A stretch of 64,000 bases of DNA from Planctomycetota bacterium. GTDB lineage: Bacteria > Planctomycetota > UBA1135 > UBA2386. Of this stretch, positions 8,837 through 19,080 are shown piece by piece (the stretch's first letter is position 1; each line of letters starts with the position of its first letter). Made by a program: the position numbers and the translations under genes. The notes under the pieces are model-generated. The model saw only the letters and a list, made by a program, of their open reading frames with translations, was not told the DNA's origin and made no database searches. The DNA lies in assembly GCA_965228735.1 (NCBI GenBank), contig OZ245838.1, forward strand, positions 4,576,001-4,640,000, in the 5' to 3' direction.

Positions 8837-11784
8837 CGGTTGACGTGCCCGTCGAACGCTCGGACGGCGAGGGTGTGGTAGTCGATCATGACGCTCCTGC
8901 CACCGACCCTGGTGCCGTCGGCGAGCACTGCGGACACGCCGTCGGGGTCGCGCGCGATGAGGCGCTTCCGCTTCGGCGTGAGCTCGATCTCGGCGGCGTG
9001 GCCGCGCACGCGCGACCAGTCGAGGTCGACGTCCTGGCCGATCACGCTGAGTATCTCGCCGGTCTTGCTGTGCAGGTTCATCGTCAGGGTCTGCGCCACA
9101 ATGCCGGGACCGTCGGGTGAAGTCGAGCCATCCGCGTTGATGCTCGACGCGATCACCGGACCGTGGAACTCGACCGCGTCGGGCACGAGTTCGATGTCGC
9201 CACGGCACTGCGCGAGGATGTGCGAGAACGCGTCGGACCGGCCTTCCTGATGCAACTCGATCTCCGGCAGCAGCTGCGCCGAACGGCCGGGGAACGCGCG
9301 GAACGCCTGCATCCGCGCCGTGTCGCGCCGCAGGATGCGGACCTGGGCGCCGCGCGCGGTGACGATTCGGCCGGGCACCGTGCGGGTCGCGGTCGCGGGC
9401 GTGAGCGTGGCCGGGTCGCCGAGCAACAGCGCGGCCTCGGCGGCAACCGACATGACGAGGGCGTGAGCCTTGCCTTCGAAGCGCCCTTCGACGGGATCCT
9501 CGACCTCGACCGAACGCACGCCGTCGCCGAGGATCCACGGCCCGTTCTCCGCGAAGAACGGCAGCATCCCGACATGGTCGCGGCGACCGCCGAGATGCGC
9601 GCGCTTGACGGCCTCGGTGAGCAACCCGGGCAGCGCCCGCAGCCGTTCGGCCGTGAACTCGATCGCGACCGGCTCGGCGCCGGGCTGGCGCGCGACGGTC
9701 GCCGTCGCGTGGGCGAGCTGGTCAGCGACCGCGCGGGCGTCGACGAGCACGCGCTCCGTGCCGACGTAGTGCAGGTCGATGCGCGGCGCAGTCGCAACGA
9801 GTTCTTCGCGGCCGGTCGACGGTCCCGCAGTGACGGTGCGCGTCAAGGTCGGCAGCCGCGCCGAGTCGGGCAGGTCGGGCCAGAGTTCGGTGTCCTCCGG
9901 GTCCGGCGGCAGCAGGCGCATCGACCACGCGCTGGTCTGCTCGATGCGCGGCGCGCGGATGGAGAACTCCTCGTTGCCGCGCACGAACGTGGCGCGCGCG
10001 GGCATGCCGGCGAGCGCGAAAGTCCGGATCGTCTCACCTTCGAACTCCGCCCGCAGCCAGCGCACGTCGGTCAGGTCGGCGTCGCGACCGGCGATCTGCG
10101 CCCGGATGTCACGGTCCGGCGATCGCAGCTCGACGACGGCGAATTCGCCTTCGCGTTCGAGTCGACACGAGCCCGTGCCCGTGGCGGTGAGTTCGCCGTG
10201 GCGGATCTCGTAGCGGTGGCCGCGCCAGCGGTCGCCGCCGGAGCCGTCGCGCCGTCGCGGCGGACCGAGGTCGAGCTCCTTGCGCTCGGCGGTCGCCGTG
10301 AGCAGGAACCCGTCGTTGCCGATCGCGTGCAGCGCCTCGCTCGTCGCGGTCGCCTTCTCGGTCATCGTCACCTTGCCGAAGCCGCGCGCCGCGACCCCGT
10401 CCTGGTTCCGATCCGTCTGGAAGACGTGCAGTCCGTCCTTCGAGTCGACCACGCGCTGGCTGTCCTCGAGGTGCGACTCGCCTTCGAACAAGACCCCGTG
10501 GAAGCCGTCGAGCGGGGCGGTCGCCCACTGCGGGAAGCCGAACGCGCGGTGGATCGCGCCCGTCTGCTCGCGGCCACGCAGCAGGTGGATGCGGCGCGGT
10601 GACGAACCGCGCAGGAGGTTGCCGTCGCCCGCGCTCGTCCCGTCCTGGGCCACCGCGGTCGGGCCACGCTGTTCGATGTTCGAGATGCCGCCCGACGCGG
10701 TCACCCAGAACGGCATCCCGAAGATGCCGGGCAGGACCGTGAGCTGCGGCGTCGTGACGAGGACCTCCGGCAGCTCGACCTGGGCCGGGCCGCCGCTCAG
10801 CTGCAGCATGCGCCAGGAAGTGGTCTCACGCACCGTTCCGTCCGGTTGCCGCGCGCTGCCGCGCGCGAGCCAGCCGAGCATCTGGTCGGCGCGGATCGTC
10901 ATGCGGCCGCGCGCGGCGCGATCGCCGACACCATCCGCCGTCGCAGCCGACTTCGGTGCCCCGGCGTCGAAGCCGCCGTCGAGTTCGACGACGACGGCCT
11001 CGGTCAGCGACAGCTCCGCGACCTCACGCGCCGTGTTCTCGGCGTAGTGGAGCAGACCCTTGGCGCGCGCCACGACGCCGGCCGTGCGCAGTTCGGGTTC
11101 GCTGAGGATGTTGACGTCGACCCGCTGCAACGCACCTTCGCGATCGCGCGGCAGCCGCGCGGACAGCCCCTTGCCGACGAGCGTGGCCGCGCGTTCGCCG
11201 ACGAACGTGATCGTGACGGGCACGTCCGCGCTCGGCGTGTAGAGGTGGACCTCATGGTCGTCGATCAGGGCCTGCGCGCGCTCGACCTGCAGCGACAGGC
11301 CCTCGAGCTTGCTGCCGGGCAGGGCCGCGAAGTCGACTTCGTGCAGCTCGATCTCCTTGTGGGCATCGATCGTCAGCTTGCCGTTCTGGTCGCGACCGAG
11401 CTCCACGAACGCCTGCCGCGCGCGGATCTCCGCGGCGCGTTCGCCGTCCTCGAACATCGTCGCGGTGACGTCGTCGAGCTGCTGCCGGCCGTCGCGCACG
11501 GGCCGGCTGTCGAGCGCGTGCAGCGTGAACACCGTCTGCTTTCGGATGCTGCCGTCCGGCTGGCGGATCTCGCGGGTGCGCGGCAGTCGCAACTCGCCGC
11601 GCTGCTCGGCCGTCGCCGCGAACGAGCCCTCGCTGATCTCGACCTGCACGCCGCGGTCCGTGTCGTCCGGCAGGTTCTCGTCGTCGGACTCTCCGCTCGC
11701 GATGATGAAGTCGTCGCCGACGAGCTCGTAGAGCAGCCAGAAGCCGGCGCCGGCGAGCACCAGGAACGCGAGCAGGCGCTTCAC
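8833..11784 (-). CDS. 983-aa membrane-anchored, beta-rich protein; putative LptC/LptA-like multi-jellyroll bridge
   Basis: N-terminal TM helix, LptC-like segment (DVPVTITFVGERAATLVGKGL), LptA-like C-terminus; sits at the lptC-lptA position between kdsC and lptD. Confidence 0.55.
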   Translation of the reverse strand: MKRLLAFLVLAGAGFWLLYELVGDDFIIASGESDDENLPDDTDRGVQVEISEGSFAATAEQRGELRLPRTREIRQPDGSIRKQTVFTLHALDSRPVRDGRQQLDDVTATMFEDGERAAEIRARQAFVELGRDQNGKLTIDAHKEIELHEVDFAALPGSKLEGLSLQVERAQALIDDHEVHLYTPSADVPVTITFVGERAATLVGKGLSARLPRDREGALQRVDVNILSEPELRTAGVVARAKGLLHYAENTAREVAELSLTEAVVVELDGGFDAGAPKSAATADGVGDRAARGRMTIRADQMLGWLARGSARQPDGTVRETTSWRMLQLSGGPAQVELPEVLVTTPQLTVLPGIFGMPFWVTASGGISNIEQRGPTAVAQDGTSAGDGNLLRGSSPRRIHLLRGREQTGAIHRAFGFPQWATAPLDGFHGVLFEGESHLEDSQRVVDSKDGLHVFQTDRNQDGVAARGFGKVTMTEKATATSEALHAIGNDGFLLTATAERKELDLGPPRRRDGSGGDRWRGHRYEIRHGELTATGTGSCRLEREGEFAVVELRSPDRDIRAQIAGRDADLTDVRWLRAEFEGETIRTFALAGMPARATFVRGNEEFSIRAPRIEQTSAWSMRLLPPDPEDTELWPDLPDSARLPTLTRTVTAGPSTGREELVATAPRIDLHYVGTERVLVDARAVADQLAHATATVARQPGAEPVAIEFTAERLRALPGLLTEAVKRAHLGGRRDHVGMLPFFAENGPWILGDGVRSVEVEDPVEGRFEGKAHALVMSVAAEAALLLGDPATLTPATATRTVPGRIVTARGAQVRILRRDTARMQAFRAFPGRSAQLLPEIELHQEGRSDAFSHILAQCRGDIELVPDAVEFHGPVIASSINADGSTSPDGPGIVAQTLTMNLHSKTGEILSVIGQDVDLDWSRVRGHAAEIELTPKRKRLIARDPDGVSAVLADGTRVGGRSVMIDYHTLAVRAFDGHVNR

Positions 11785-12359
11785 TTCGGCAGTGTCCCGG
11801 TAGCGATCGCGGCCCACTCGCCGCGGGCCTTCAGGAGTTCTTCGATCACGTCGCGCACCGCGCCGCAACCGGCGGAGCGGGCCGTGACGAAGTGCGCCGC
11901 CGCGAGGACTTCATCGCGCGCCTCGGGCACGGTGGCCGCGAACCCGACGCGCTGCAGCACCGGCAGGTCGAGCACGTCGTCGCCGACGTAGGCGACCTGT
12001 GCCGGGTCGAGCTCGCGCCGCGCGAGCAGCTCGTCGAACGCCGCATCCTTGTCGACGCGGTTGAGGATGACCTCGTCGACGTGCAGTTCGCGGGCGCGCC
12101 ACTCGACCGCGTGGCCGCCGCGGCCCGACAGAAAGCCCGAGAGCCCGCCGCTGCGCCGCCAGTAGTAGAGCCCCGCCGCGTCGTGCACGTGGAACGACTT
12201 GTACTCGCGGTGCTCCGCGTCGATCCAGATCCGCCCGTCGGTGAGCACGCCGTCGACGTCGAGCAGCAGCATGCGGATCTGGCGCAGCACGCCGTCATCC
12301 GGCCGGGTTCGCCCGGTCGCCGGTGCGTCTGTCGCTTGTTTGTCCGTCGGTCGAGTCAT
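11781..12359 (-). CDS. kdsC: KDO 8-phosphate phosphatase
   Basis: LLLDVDGVLTDG, KSFHVHD, YVGDDVLD, GCGAVRD. Confidence 0.92.
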   Translation of the reverse strand: MTRPTDKQATDAPATGRTRPDDGVLRQIRMLLLDVDGVLTDGRIWIDAEHREYKSFHVHDAAGLYYWRRSGGLSGFLSGRGGHAVEWRARELHVDEVILNRVDKDAAFDELLARRELDPAQVAYVGDDVLDLPVLQRVGFAATVPEARDEVLAAAHFVTARSAGCGAVRDVIEELLKARGEWAAIATGTLPK

Positions 12360-13327
12360 CCGATCTTGAGGTTGAGGAGGTCCTGCACGTCGAGCAGGCC
12401 GAGCAGCCGGTTGTCGTCGTCGACGACCGGCAGCTGGTCGATCTTGAGCTGGTGCAGCAACGCGAGGGCTTCGAGCGCGAACATCTCGGTCGTGATCGAG
12501 CGCGGGTTCTTCGTCATCACGTCGTCGATGCGGCGCTCGCGCGGGTTCTCGATCCCGATCTCGATGAGCCGGCGCAGGTCGCCGTCCGTGAAGAAGCCCT
12601 GCAGGCAGCCGGCGTCGTCGACGACGCTCGTGGCGCCCGGCCGACCCGGAGTGCCCGTCATCGCCTCGATCGCCTCGAGCACCGTCGCGCCGCAGTGCAC
12701 GGTCGGGTTGCGGTCACCCTGCCGCATGAGCTCGGCGACGCGCATGAGCCGCCGACCGAGGTCGCCGCCCGGGTGGAATCGCGCGAACTGCTCGGGGCCG
12801 AAGTTGCGACCTTCCTGCACCACGAGCGCGAGCGCGTCGCCGAGCGCGAGCATCGCCGTCGTCGAGGCGCTCGGGGCGAGCCCGAACGGCCCGGCCTCGT
12901 CGATCTTGCCGATCTCCAGCACGAGGTCGCAGTGCTTGCCGAGCGTCGACGTCCGTTCTTGCGTGATCCCGATGACCGGCACGGACGCCATTTTCACGTG
13001 CGGCAGCATCTCGAGGACTTCGCCGGTCTCGCCCGACTTGCTGAACGCGAGCAACAGGTCGCCCTCCTCCACGCGCCCGAGGTCGCCGTGAATCGCCTCG
13101 GCCGGGTGCAGGTAGATCGACGGCGTGCCCGTCGACGCGAGCGTCGCCGAGACCTTCTGGGCGATGAAGCCGGCCTTGCCCATGCCGCTCGTGACGACGC
13201 GGCCAGGCAGTTCGAGGATCATGTCCAGGGCCTGCGAGAACGGCTTGCCGAGCCGTTCGGCGACCTGGCGCACGGCCATCGCCTCGCGCTCCACGACCTC
13301 GCGTGCGCGTTCGATGCGGGGGTCCAT
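12356..13327 (-). CDS. kdsD: Arabinose 5-phosphate isomerase, KpsF/GutQ family (SIS plus two CBS)
   Basis: GMGKAG, SATLASTGTPS, HPAEAIHGDLG, SKSGET, FHPGGDLG, FTDGDLRR. Confidence 0.93.
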   Translation of the reverse strand: MDPRIERAREVVEREAMAVRQVAERLGKPFSQALDMILELPGRVVTSGMGKAGFIAQKVSATLASTGTPSIYLHPAEAIHGDLGRVEEGDLLLAFSKSGETGEVLEMLPHVKMASVPVIGITQERTSTLGKHCDLVLEIGKIDEAGPFGLAPSASTTAMLALGDALALVVQEGRNFGPEQFARFHPGGDLGRRLMRVAELMRQGDRNPTVHCGATVLEAIEAMTGTPGRPGATSVVDDAGCLQGFFTDGDLRRLIEIGIENPRERRIDDVMTKNPRSITTEMFALEALALLHQLKIDQLPVVDDDNRLLGLLDVQDLLNLKIG

Positions 13328-13424
13328 TTGGGGCCAGAGAGTAGCACAGCGACCGGTGGCCGGGCACTGCTTCGCGCGCCTTCGGCCTCGGCGCGATCCG
13401 GCGGGCGGGGTATGCTCGCTGCCA

Positions 13425-14312
13425 GTGTCGTATCGCGTTCAGCTGCCGGTCTTCTCGGGTCCGATGGATCTCCTGTTGCACCTGGTTCGGCAGCAGGAGG
13501 TCGACATCCACGAGGTTTCGTTGGCGCGGATCCTCGAGGACTACCTCGGCCACCTGAAGATCCTCCAGGAGCTCGATCTCGCGGACATCGGCGACTTCGT
13601 CGTGATGGCGAGCACGCTGATGGAGATCAAGTCCCGCGAGCTGCTGCCGAACGAGACCGTCGAGATCGAGGAGGAGCTCGACCCGCGCGACGACCTGATC
13701 CGCCGTCTGCTCGAGTACAAGCGCTACCGCGATCTCGCGCGCCAGCTCGAGAACCGCGCCGAACGCCGGGCGAAGATGACGCCGCTCGTGCTCACGAAGC
13801 CGCCGCAGATCGAGAAGGAGCCGGACGACGACGATGGCCTCGACCTCGGCGATGTCGGGATCTGGGACCTGACGTCCGCGTTCGCCCGGCTGCTCGAGGA
13901 GATCGGCCAGCAGGGCACGATGGAGGTCGCCGTCGAGAAGCGCGACGTCGGCTTCTACATCGACCAGATGCTCGTGAAGTTCCGCGAGCAGCGCGAGGTG
14001 CCGTTCTCCGTGATCTTCGACAAGAAGGCCGGGCGGTACGGTCTGATCGGCGCGCTGCAGGCGTGCCTCGAGATGATGAAGCAGGGCTACCTGCGCGCCG
14101 TCCAGGAGCAGTGCTTCGACGAGATCCAGCTCGCGTTCAAGGGTGACCCGAACGTGTCCGCGGATCAGATCATGGCCGGCATCGAGGCGGACGAAGCGGC
14201 CGCGGAAGAACGCCGCGAGCTCGCGGCCGAGGCCGAGAGCGGCGACGTGGAGGACGATCGCGACGCCGGGGTCGAGAGCGTCGAATCGGCGGACGCGGAA
14301 TCGGTGGACTGA
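13425..14312 (+). CDS. scpA: Segregation/condensation protein A (kleisin)
   Basis: FSGPMDLLLHLV, FVVMASTLMEIKSRELLP, DPRDDLIRRLLEYKRY, QEQCFDEI. Confidence 0.9.
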   Translation: MSYRVQLPVFSGPMDLLLHLVRQQEVDIHEVSLARILEDYLGHLKILQELDLADIGDFVVMASTLMEIKSRELLPNETVEIEEELDPRDDLIRRLLEYKRYRDLARQLENRAERRAKMTPLVLTKPPQIEKEPDDDDGLDLGDVGIWDLTSAFARLLEEIGQQGTMEVAVEKRDVGFYIDQMLVKFREQREVPFSVIFDKKAGRYGLIGALQACLEMMKQGYLRAVQEQCFDEIQLAFKGDPNVSADQIMAGIEADEAAAEERRELAAEAESGDVEDDRDAGVESVESADAESVD

Positions 14313-14316
14313 CCCG

Positions 14317-15435
14317 CTATCGCGCGTCGACCGCCAGCGCCATCACCTCGGCCTCCTCCTCCATCCGCTCCACCATGCGGAACTGCACCCGCGCGCGGTC
14401 GAGGTTGTGCCCGTCGCGGTGCACCTTGAAGTAGACGTCGCCCGCGAGGTGGTCGGCGAGGAACCGCAGGCCGATCGTGTAGGTCACGAGTCGGGCCGAG
14501 AACGGCATGAGCTCGATCTCGCGCCTGTTCAGCGTGCCGCCGGTGCCCGCGAGGTAGCCCGCGACGAGCGCCTTGTAGAGCTCCTGGTCCGTGCCCACCT
14601 TGTCGAGGTCGCGTTCGTCCTCGTCGCTCGTCGCGGCGGCGAAGCGCACCAGGTCGCCGAAGTCGTAGAGCGCGTAGCCGGGCATGCACGTGTCGAGATC
14701 GACGATGCAGCGGGCCTGGCCGGTCGCGCGGCAGAACAGCACGTTGTTGAGCTTGGTGTCGCCGTGGACCGTGCGACGCGGGATCTCGCCGCGCTCGAGC
14801 GCCCGTTCCATGACGAACGCCATCTCCCGGCGCGTCTGCGCGAACCGGATCTCGGGCAGGCAGTCGATCGCGCGATTGCGCGGGTCCTCGGCGAGCGCGT
14901 CCTCGAACTGCTGCAAACGATGCGGCGTGCTGAAGAACTTCGGCAGCGTCTCGCGCAGGCAGCTCGCGTCGAGGTCGCTGAGCTGGGCCTGGAACCAGCC
15001 GAAGGCCTTGGCGGCCTGGTAGGCCTGCGACTCGTCGTCGCAATGGTCCTGACTCTTGGTGTCCTCGATGAACCGGTAGGTTCGCCACTGCCCCGAGTCG
15101 GCCACGAGGTAGGAGCGATCCTCGCGCGTCGGCACGAGGTCGAGCACCTGGAAGCCGTCGAGGGTCGACGCGCCGTCCATCTTGCGTCGCAGGTGCCCGC
15201 TCACGGTCTCGATGTTGTGCATGACGGCCGGGATGTCGTGGAACACCTTGTCGTTCATGCGCTGGTGCAGGTAGCGCACGGGCCCGTCGTGCTGCGACCA
15301 CGTCGACACGAACGTGTCGTGGATGTGGCCGCGCTGCAGCGGTTCGACGCCGAGCAGGCGGCCCTCGATCGCGAACTGCGTCGCCGCGGCGCGGATCGCG
15401 GTCGGGTGAGGTTGCTGACTCGGGCCCGGGGTCAT
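14317..15435 (-). CDS. APH-fold phosphotransferase, N-acetylhexosamine 1-kinase-like
   Basis: GHIHDTF, HGDTKLNNVLF, IVDLDTCMPG, DFGDLVR, RFLADHLAGDVYFK. Confidence 0.8.
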   Translation of the reverse strand: MTPGPSQQPHPTAIRAAATQFAIEGRLLGVEPLQRGHIHDTFVSTWSQHDGPVRYLHQRMNDKVFHDIPAVMHNIETVSGHLRRKMDGASTLDGFQVLDLVPTREDRSYLVADSGQWRTYRFIEDTKSQDHCDDESQAYQAAKAFGWFQAQLSDLDASCLRETLPKFFSTPHRLQQFEDALAEDPRNRAIDCLPEIRFAQTRREMAFVMERALERGEIPRRTVHGDTKLNNVLFCRATGQARCIVDLDTCMPGYALYDFGDLVRFAAATSDEDERDLDKVGTDQELYKALVAGYLAGTGGTLNRREIELMPFSARLVTYTIGLRFLADHLAGDVYFKVHRDGHNLDRARVQFRMVERMEEEAEVMALAVDAR

Positions 15436-15785
15436 CGCAGCGGGTCTCCCGAGTTGACGTGGAAGTGCAGATGCTTGCTGTCCTGGTAGTGCCCGAGGTT
15501 GGTGAGCACGCGCGCTCGGCCGTGTTCGCGTTCCACGTCGGTGGCGACCGCGCGCACGACGGCGAGCACCCGGTGCAGCAGCGATTCGTCCGCCGAGCCG
15601 AGGTCGGTCAGCGACGGCACGTGCAGCTTCGGCACGACGACGATGTGCACGGGCCAGAACGGTCGCGTGTGGTGGTAGGCGAGCACGTCGTCCGTTTCGC
15701 GCACGACGTCCACCGCGGTGCGGCCGTTCAGCACCTCATCGCAGTAGAAGTCGGAGACGGCGGGCGAGCCCGAGGGCGAGGACAT
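15432..15785 (-). CDS. HIT-family protein
   Basis: DFYCDEVL, HIVVVPKLH, SKHLHFHV histidine triad; ATGA overlap with the kinase gene. Confidence 0.88.
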   Translation of the reverse strand: MSSPSGSPAVSDFYCDEVLNGRTAVDVVRETDDVLAYHHTRPFWPVHIVVVPKLHVPSLTDLGSADESLLHRVLAVVRAVATDVEREHGRARVLTNLGHYQDSKHLHFHVNSGDPLR

Positions 15786-15865
15786 GGAGTTGCATCGAAC
15801 GCGCATTTCCCAGCCGTGACAAGCGGGTAGGTGACGTCAGCACAACGACATACGGTCGGCGCGAA

Positions 15866-16657
15866 TCAGAGGGCCGCGGTGCCCGCGAGCGTGAGCGCGG
15901 CCTCGAGCTGCGCGCCATCCGCCGCGTGGAAGGGCGGCTCCTCGAGGTAGCACCAGCGGCCCCAGACCTCGGATGCGCCGAGGGCGTACGGGAAGTGCGG
16001 CGCCGGCGTCTCGGTGCGGCGCGGGAACGACCACGCGGTGCCGTCGACGATGCAGACGTTGTTGGCGGCGACGAGGCGGCCCATCGCGAGCTCCGCGAGC
16101 GCCTGGCCGAGGGCGTCGAAATCGTTGCCGCGCAGTCCAACGAGTGCGCACGGCACGTCCTTCACGACGACTTCGACCTCGCGCGGCAGGGTCGGCAGCG
16201 GGCTGCGCGGGGCGCGTTCGGGCAGTTGCGGCAGGAAATCGAGGCGTTCGGGCGTCAGGTGGACGTGGGCCCACGCGATCGTCGCGGCAGCGCCGACGTT
16301 GTTCGCGAGGGCCGTGCCGCCCGTGGCCGCGCACCAGGCAGCCGCGGCGCTCCAGAGCCTGGCGTCCGGCTCGCGGCGCGGCGTGCGCGGCCAGACCAGG
16401 CGGTGTTCTCTGGCGGATGGATACTTGTTCGGCGTGACGACGAACTCGTCGTCCTGCCACAGACATTCCTCGGCCTGGATCCGACGGGCCGGGCTCGGCC
16501 CGAACGCGGGGCGCTCGGGCGTGACGCGGTTGCCGCGCTTGCGGCGATCGGGCAGGCAGACCAGCTCGACCGGGGCGCCGAAAACGGTGAGCGACCGCCG
16601 CCCCGCGGGCGAAAATGCCGGCAAATCGGGATCCGCGGCCGTCGGGAGCAGGCTCAC
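15866..16657 (-). CDS. Putative HIT-related nucleotide-sugar/Ap4A phosphorylase-like protein
   Basis: TPNKYPSAREHRLV and ANNVGAAATIAWAHVH resemble the NPFP..EH and N..GAS..HxH motifs of GDPGP1/DUF4922-like proteins; start uncertain. Confidence 0.45.
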   Translation of the reverse strand: MSLLPTAADPDLPAFSPAGRRSLTVFGAPVELVCLPDRRKRGNRVTPERPAFGPSPARRIQAEECLWQDDEFVVTPNKYPSAREHRLVWPRTPRREPDARLWSAAAAWCAATGGTALANNVGAAATIAWAHVHLTPERLDFLPQLPERAPRSPLPTLPREVEVVVKDVPCALVGLRGNDFDALGQALAELAMGRLVAANNVCIVDGTAWSFPRRTETPAPHFPYALGASEVWGRWCYLEEPPFHAADGAQLEAALTLAGTAAL

Positions 16658-16797
16658 GTTCGGGATCGTCCGCCGCAACCCCAGCGATGGCAACGATCAA
16701 GATGCGCCTTTGCGACCTCGGGCGCGGCTGGCTACCCTGCTGCGCCGGGACTTCCCTCGGGCCATCGTCCAGATCGAACCCCGACAGGTCAGGAACC

Positions 16798-17730
16798 TTG
16801 CGCATCGTCTTCTTCGGTAGCAGCGACTTCGCCATTCCGTCGCTGAAAGCCCTCAAAGAGGGTGGCTTCGCGCCCGAACTCGTCGTCACCAAGCCCGACG
16901 CTCCGCGCGGCCGGGGTCGGAAGATCTACCCGGCCGAGGTTCGCCTCGCGGCCGAGGACCTCGAGCTGCCGTGCGAACAGCCCGCGGATCCGCACGACGA
17001 GGAGTTCCTGCAGAAGCTGCGCGACCTGAAGCCCGACCTCGGCGTGGTCGTGAGCTACGGCGTGATCCTCAAGGCGGACCTCCTCGACCTGCCGCAGAAG
17101 GGCCACATCAACGCGCACGCCTCGCTGCTGCCGCTCTACCGCGGCGCTGCGCCGATCCAGCACGCGATCCGCGACGGTCAGGCGGAGACGGGCATCACGG
17201 TGATGAAGATCGGCGAGGAGCTCGACGCCGGAGACGTCCTCTTGATGAAGAAGACCGCGATCGAGAAGACCGAGAACAGCGGGCAGCTGCGCACGCGGCT
17301 CGCCGAGCTGTCGGGCACGGCCCTCGTCGAGGCGCTCGAGGCGATCAAGCAGGGCGGTGAGACCTACACGCCGCAGAATCACAAGAAGAGCTCGCACGCG
17401 CCCAAGGTCGAGAAGGAACACGGCGTCATCGACTGGAGCCTGCCGGCCGTCGAGATCGATCTGCTCGTGCGCGCGATGACGCCGAAGCCCGGCGCGCAGA
17501 CCCGGCTCGGCGCCAAGCGCTTCATCGTCATGGAGGGCACCGTCGAGCAGGACCTCTACGGCATGGGCATTCCGGGTGCGCTGCAGTCGGCGGGCGAGGA
17601 AGGCATCCGGGTCTGCACTGGCAAGGACCTCTACCGCATCACGCGCATCAAGCCGGACAACGGCCGCAACATGACGGCGGGCGAGTTCGTGCGCGGTCAC
17701 CAGATCGCGCCCGACGCGCGGTTCGGTTAG
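16798..17730 (+). CDS. fmt: Methionyl-tRNA formyltransferase
   Basis: RIVFFGSSDFA, VVTKPDAPRGRG, INAHASLLPLYRGAAPIQ, LDAGD; TTG start after AGGAA. Confidence 0.93.
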   Translation: MRIVFFGSSDFAIPSLKALKEGGFAPELVVTKPDAPRGRGRKIYPAEVRLAAEDLELPCEQPADPHDEEFLQKLRDLKPDLGVVVSYGVILKADLLDLPQKGHINAHASLLPLYRGAAPIQHAIRDGQAETGITVMKIGEELDAGDVLLMKKTAIEKTENSGQLRTRLAELSGTALVEALEAIKQGGETYTPQNHKKSSHAPKVEKEHGVIDWSLPAVEIDLLVRAMTPKPGAQTRLGAKRFIVMEGTVEQDLYGMGIPGALQSAGEEGIRVCTGKDLYRITRIKPDNGRNMTAGEFVRGHQIAPDARFG

Positions 17731-17748
17731 GGCGCGGCTCGCACCGCG

Positions 17749-19080
17749 ATGGTGAAGTCCCCGTCGGCGCGCGCGGCCGCGCTGCATGCCCTCACCGCGC
17801 TGCAGAAGGGCAAGGCCGAGCGCCTGCGTGACGCGCTCGATCGGGCGCGGCTCCAGGGTCGGGAGCAGGCGCTCGCGTTCGAGCTCGGCCACGGCGTCTG
17901 TCGGCGCGAGCGCCTGCTCGACCACGTGCTCGCGGGTCTCGCGCATCGCGGCCTGCCGACCGCGCCGGCCGTGCGCGCGGTGCTGCGGCTCGGCGCGTAT
18001 CAGCTCCTGTTCATGGCCGGCATGCCGCGGCACGCGGCGGTCGGCGAGACGGTCGCGCTCGTGCGCAGCAACCGCGGATTCGTGAACGCGATCCTGCGGA
18101 AGCTCGCGGACTGCGTCGTCGACGAACCGCTGCCGGCGTCGGACGTGGATGCGACGACGATGCTCGCGCTCGGCGCGGGTCGGCACGTTCGCCTGCCGCA
18201 GCCGCTGCCCGATGATCTCGCCGCGCGCCTCGCGGTCGTACATTCGTTGCCGGACTTCCTCGTCGAGCGTTGGCGCACCGCCCACGGTCTCGACGCGCTG
18301 CCGGGCATCGCGGCCGCGGCGACCGCGGTGCCACCGGTGTGGTTGCGGCCGACGATCGGCGATGTCGCGGCGCTCGCCCGCAGGCTGCAGCATCAGAACG
18401 TCGAAACCGCGGTCGGCGCGGCGGACGACCTGCGCTGGATCGGCGGTGCGAGCCCGTTCGACACGAGTGCGTTCGCGGCCGGCGAGTTCGTCGTGCAGGA
18501 TCCGACGGCGTATCGGGCCGCGCAGGCGGTGCCGTGCGAGCCGGGTGCGACCGTTCTGGATCTGTGCGCCGCGCCGGGCACCAAGACCGTGCAGCTCGCG
18601 CGCCGGGTGCGACCCGGTGGTCGCGTCCTGGCCCACGACCCCGACCCCGGGCGGCGTGGTCGCATCACGGAGAACGTCGCGCGGCTGCAGCTCGAGGACA
18701 CGGTCGAGCTCGTGGACGACCCCACGGAGCTGGCCTTTCCCGTCGACGCGACGCTCGCGGATGTGCCGTGCTCGAACACGGGCGTGCTGGGCCGCCGGGT
18801 CGAGGTCCGTCAGCGCCTGACGCCGGCGGCGATCACGGAGCTGGAGGCCTTGCAGCGCGAGCTGCTCACCCGCGCGATCGCATGCACCAGAGCCGGCGGC
18901 CACGTCGTGTACTCGACGTGCTCGATCGAGCCCGAGGAGAACGGCGAGGTCGTCGCGCGCGTCGTGGCCGACTTGGCCGCTGCGGCGGAGCCGCGGGTCG
19001 TCGAGCGGCTGCGGGCCGAACTCACGCTGCCGCGGGCCGGTGAGTGTGACGGCGGCTATTTCGCCGTCCTGCGCGTCTGA
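17749..19080 (+). CDS. rsmB: 16S rRNA m5C967 methyltransferase RsmB/Sun
   Basis: NusB-like N-domain (GFVNAILR), DLCAAPGTKT, DVPCSNTG, YSTCS; follows fmt. Confidence 0.85.
   Translation: MVKSPSARAAALHALTALQKGKAERLRDALDRARLQGREQALAFELGHGVCRRERLLDHVLAGLAHRGLPTAPAVRAVLRLGAYQLLFMAGMPRHAAVGETVALVRSNRGFVNAILRKLADCVVDEPLPASDVDATTMLALGAGRHVRLPQPLPDDLAARLAVVHSLPDFLVERWRTAHGLDALPGIAAAATAVPPVWLRPTIGDVAALARRLQHQNVETAVGAADDLRWIGGASPFDTSAFAAGEFVVQDPTAYRAAQAVPCEPGATVLDLCAAPGTKTVQLARRVRPGGRVLAHDPDPGRRGRITENVARLQLEDTVELVDDPTELAFPVDATLADVPCSNTGVLGRRVEVRQRLTPAAITELEALQRELLTRAIACTRAGGHVVYSTCSIEPEENGEVVARVVADLAAAAEPRVVERLRAELTLPRAGECDGGYFAVLRV

Noticed and set aside
14317..15435. Aminoglycoside resistance kinase
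   Set aside because: Motifs fit the sugar-kinase (NahK-like) branch of the APH fold.
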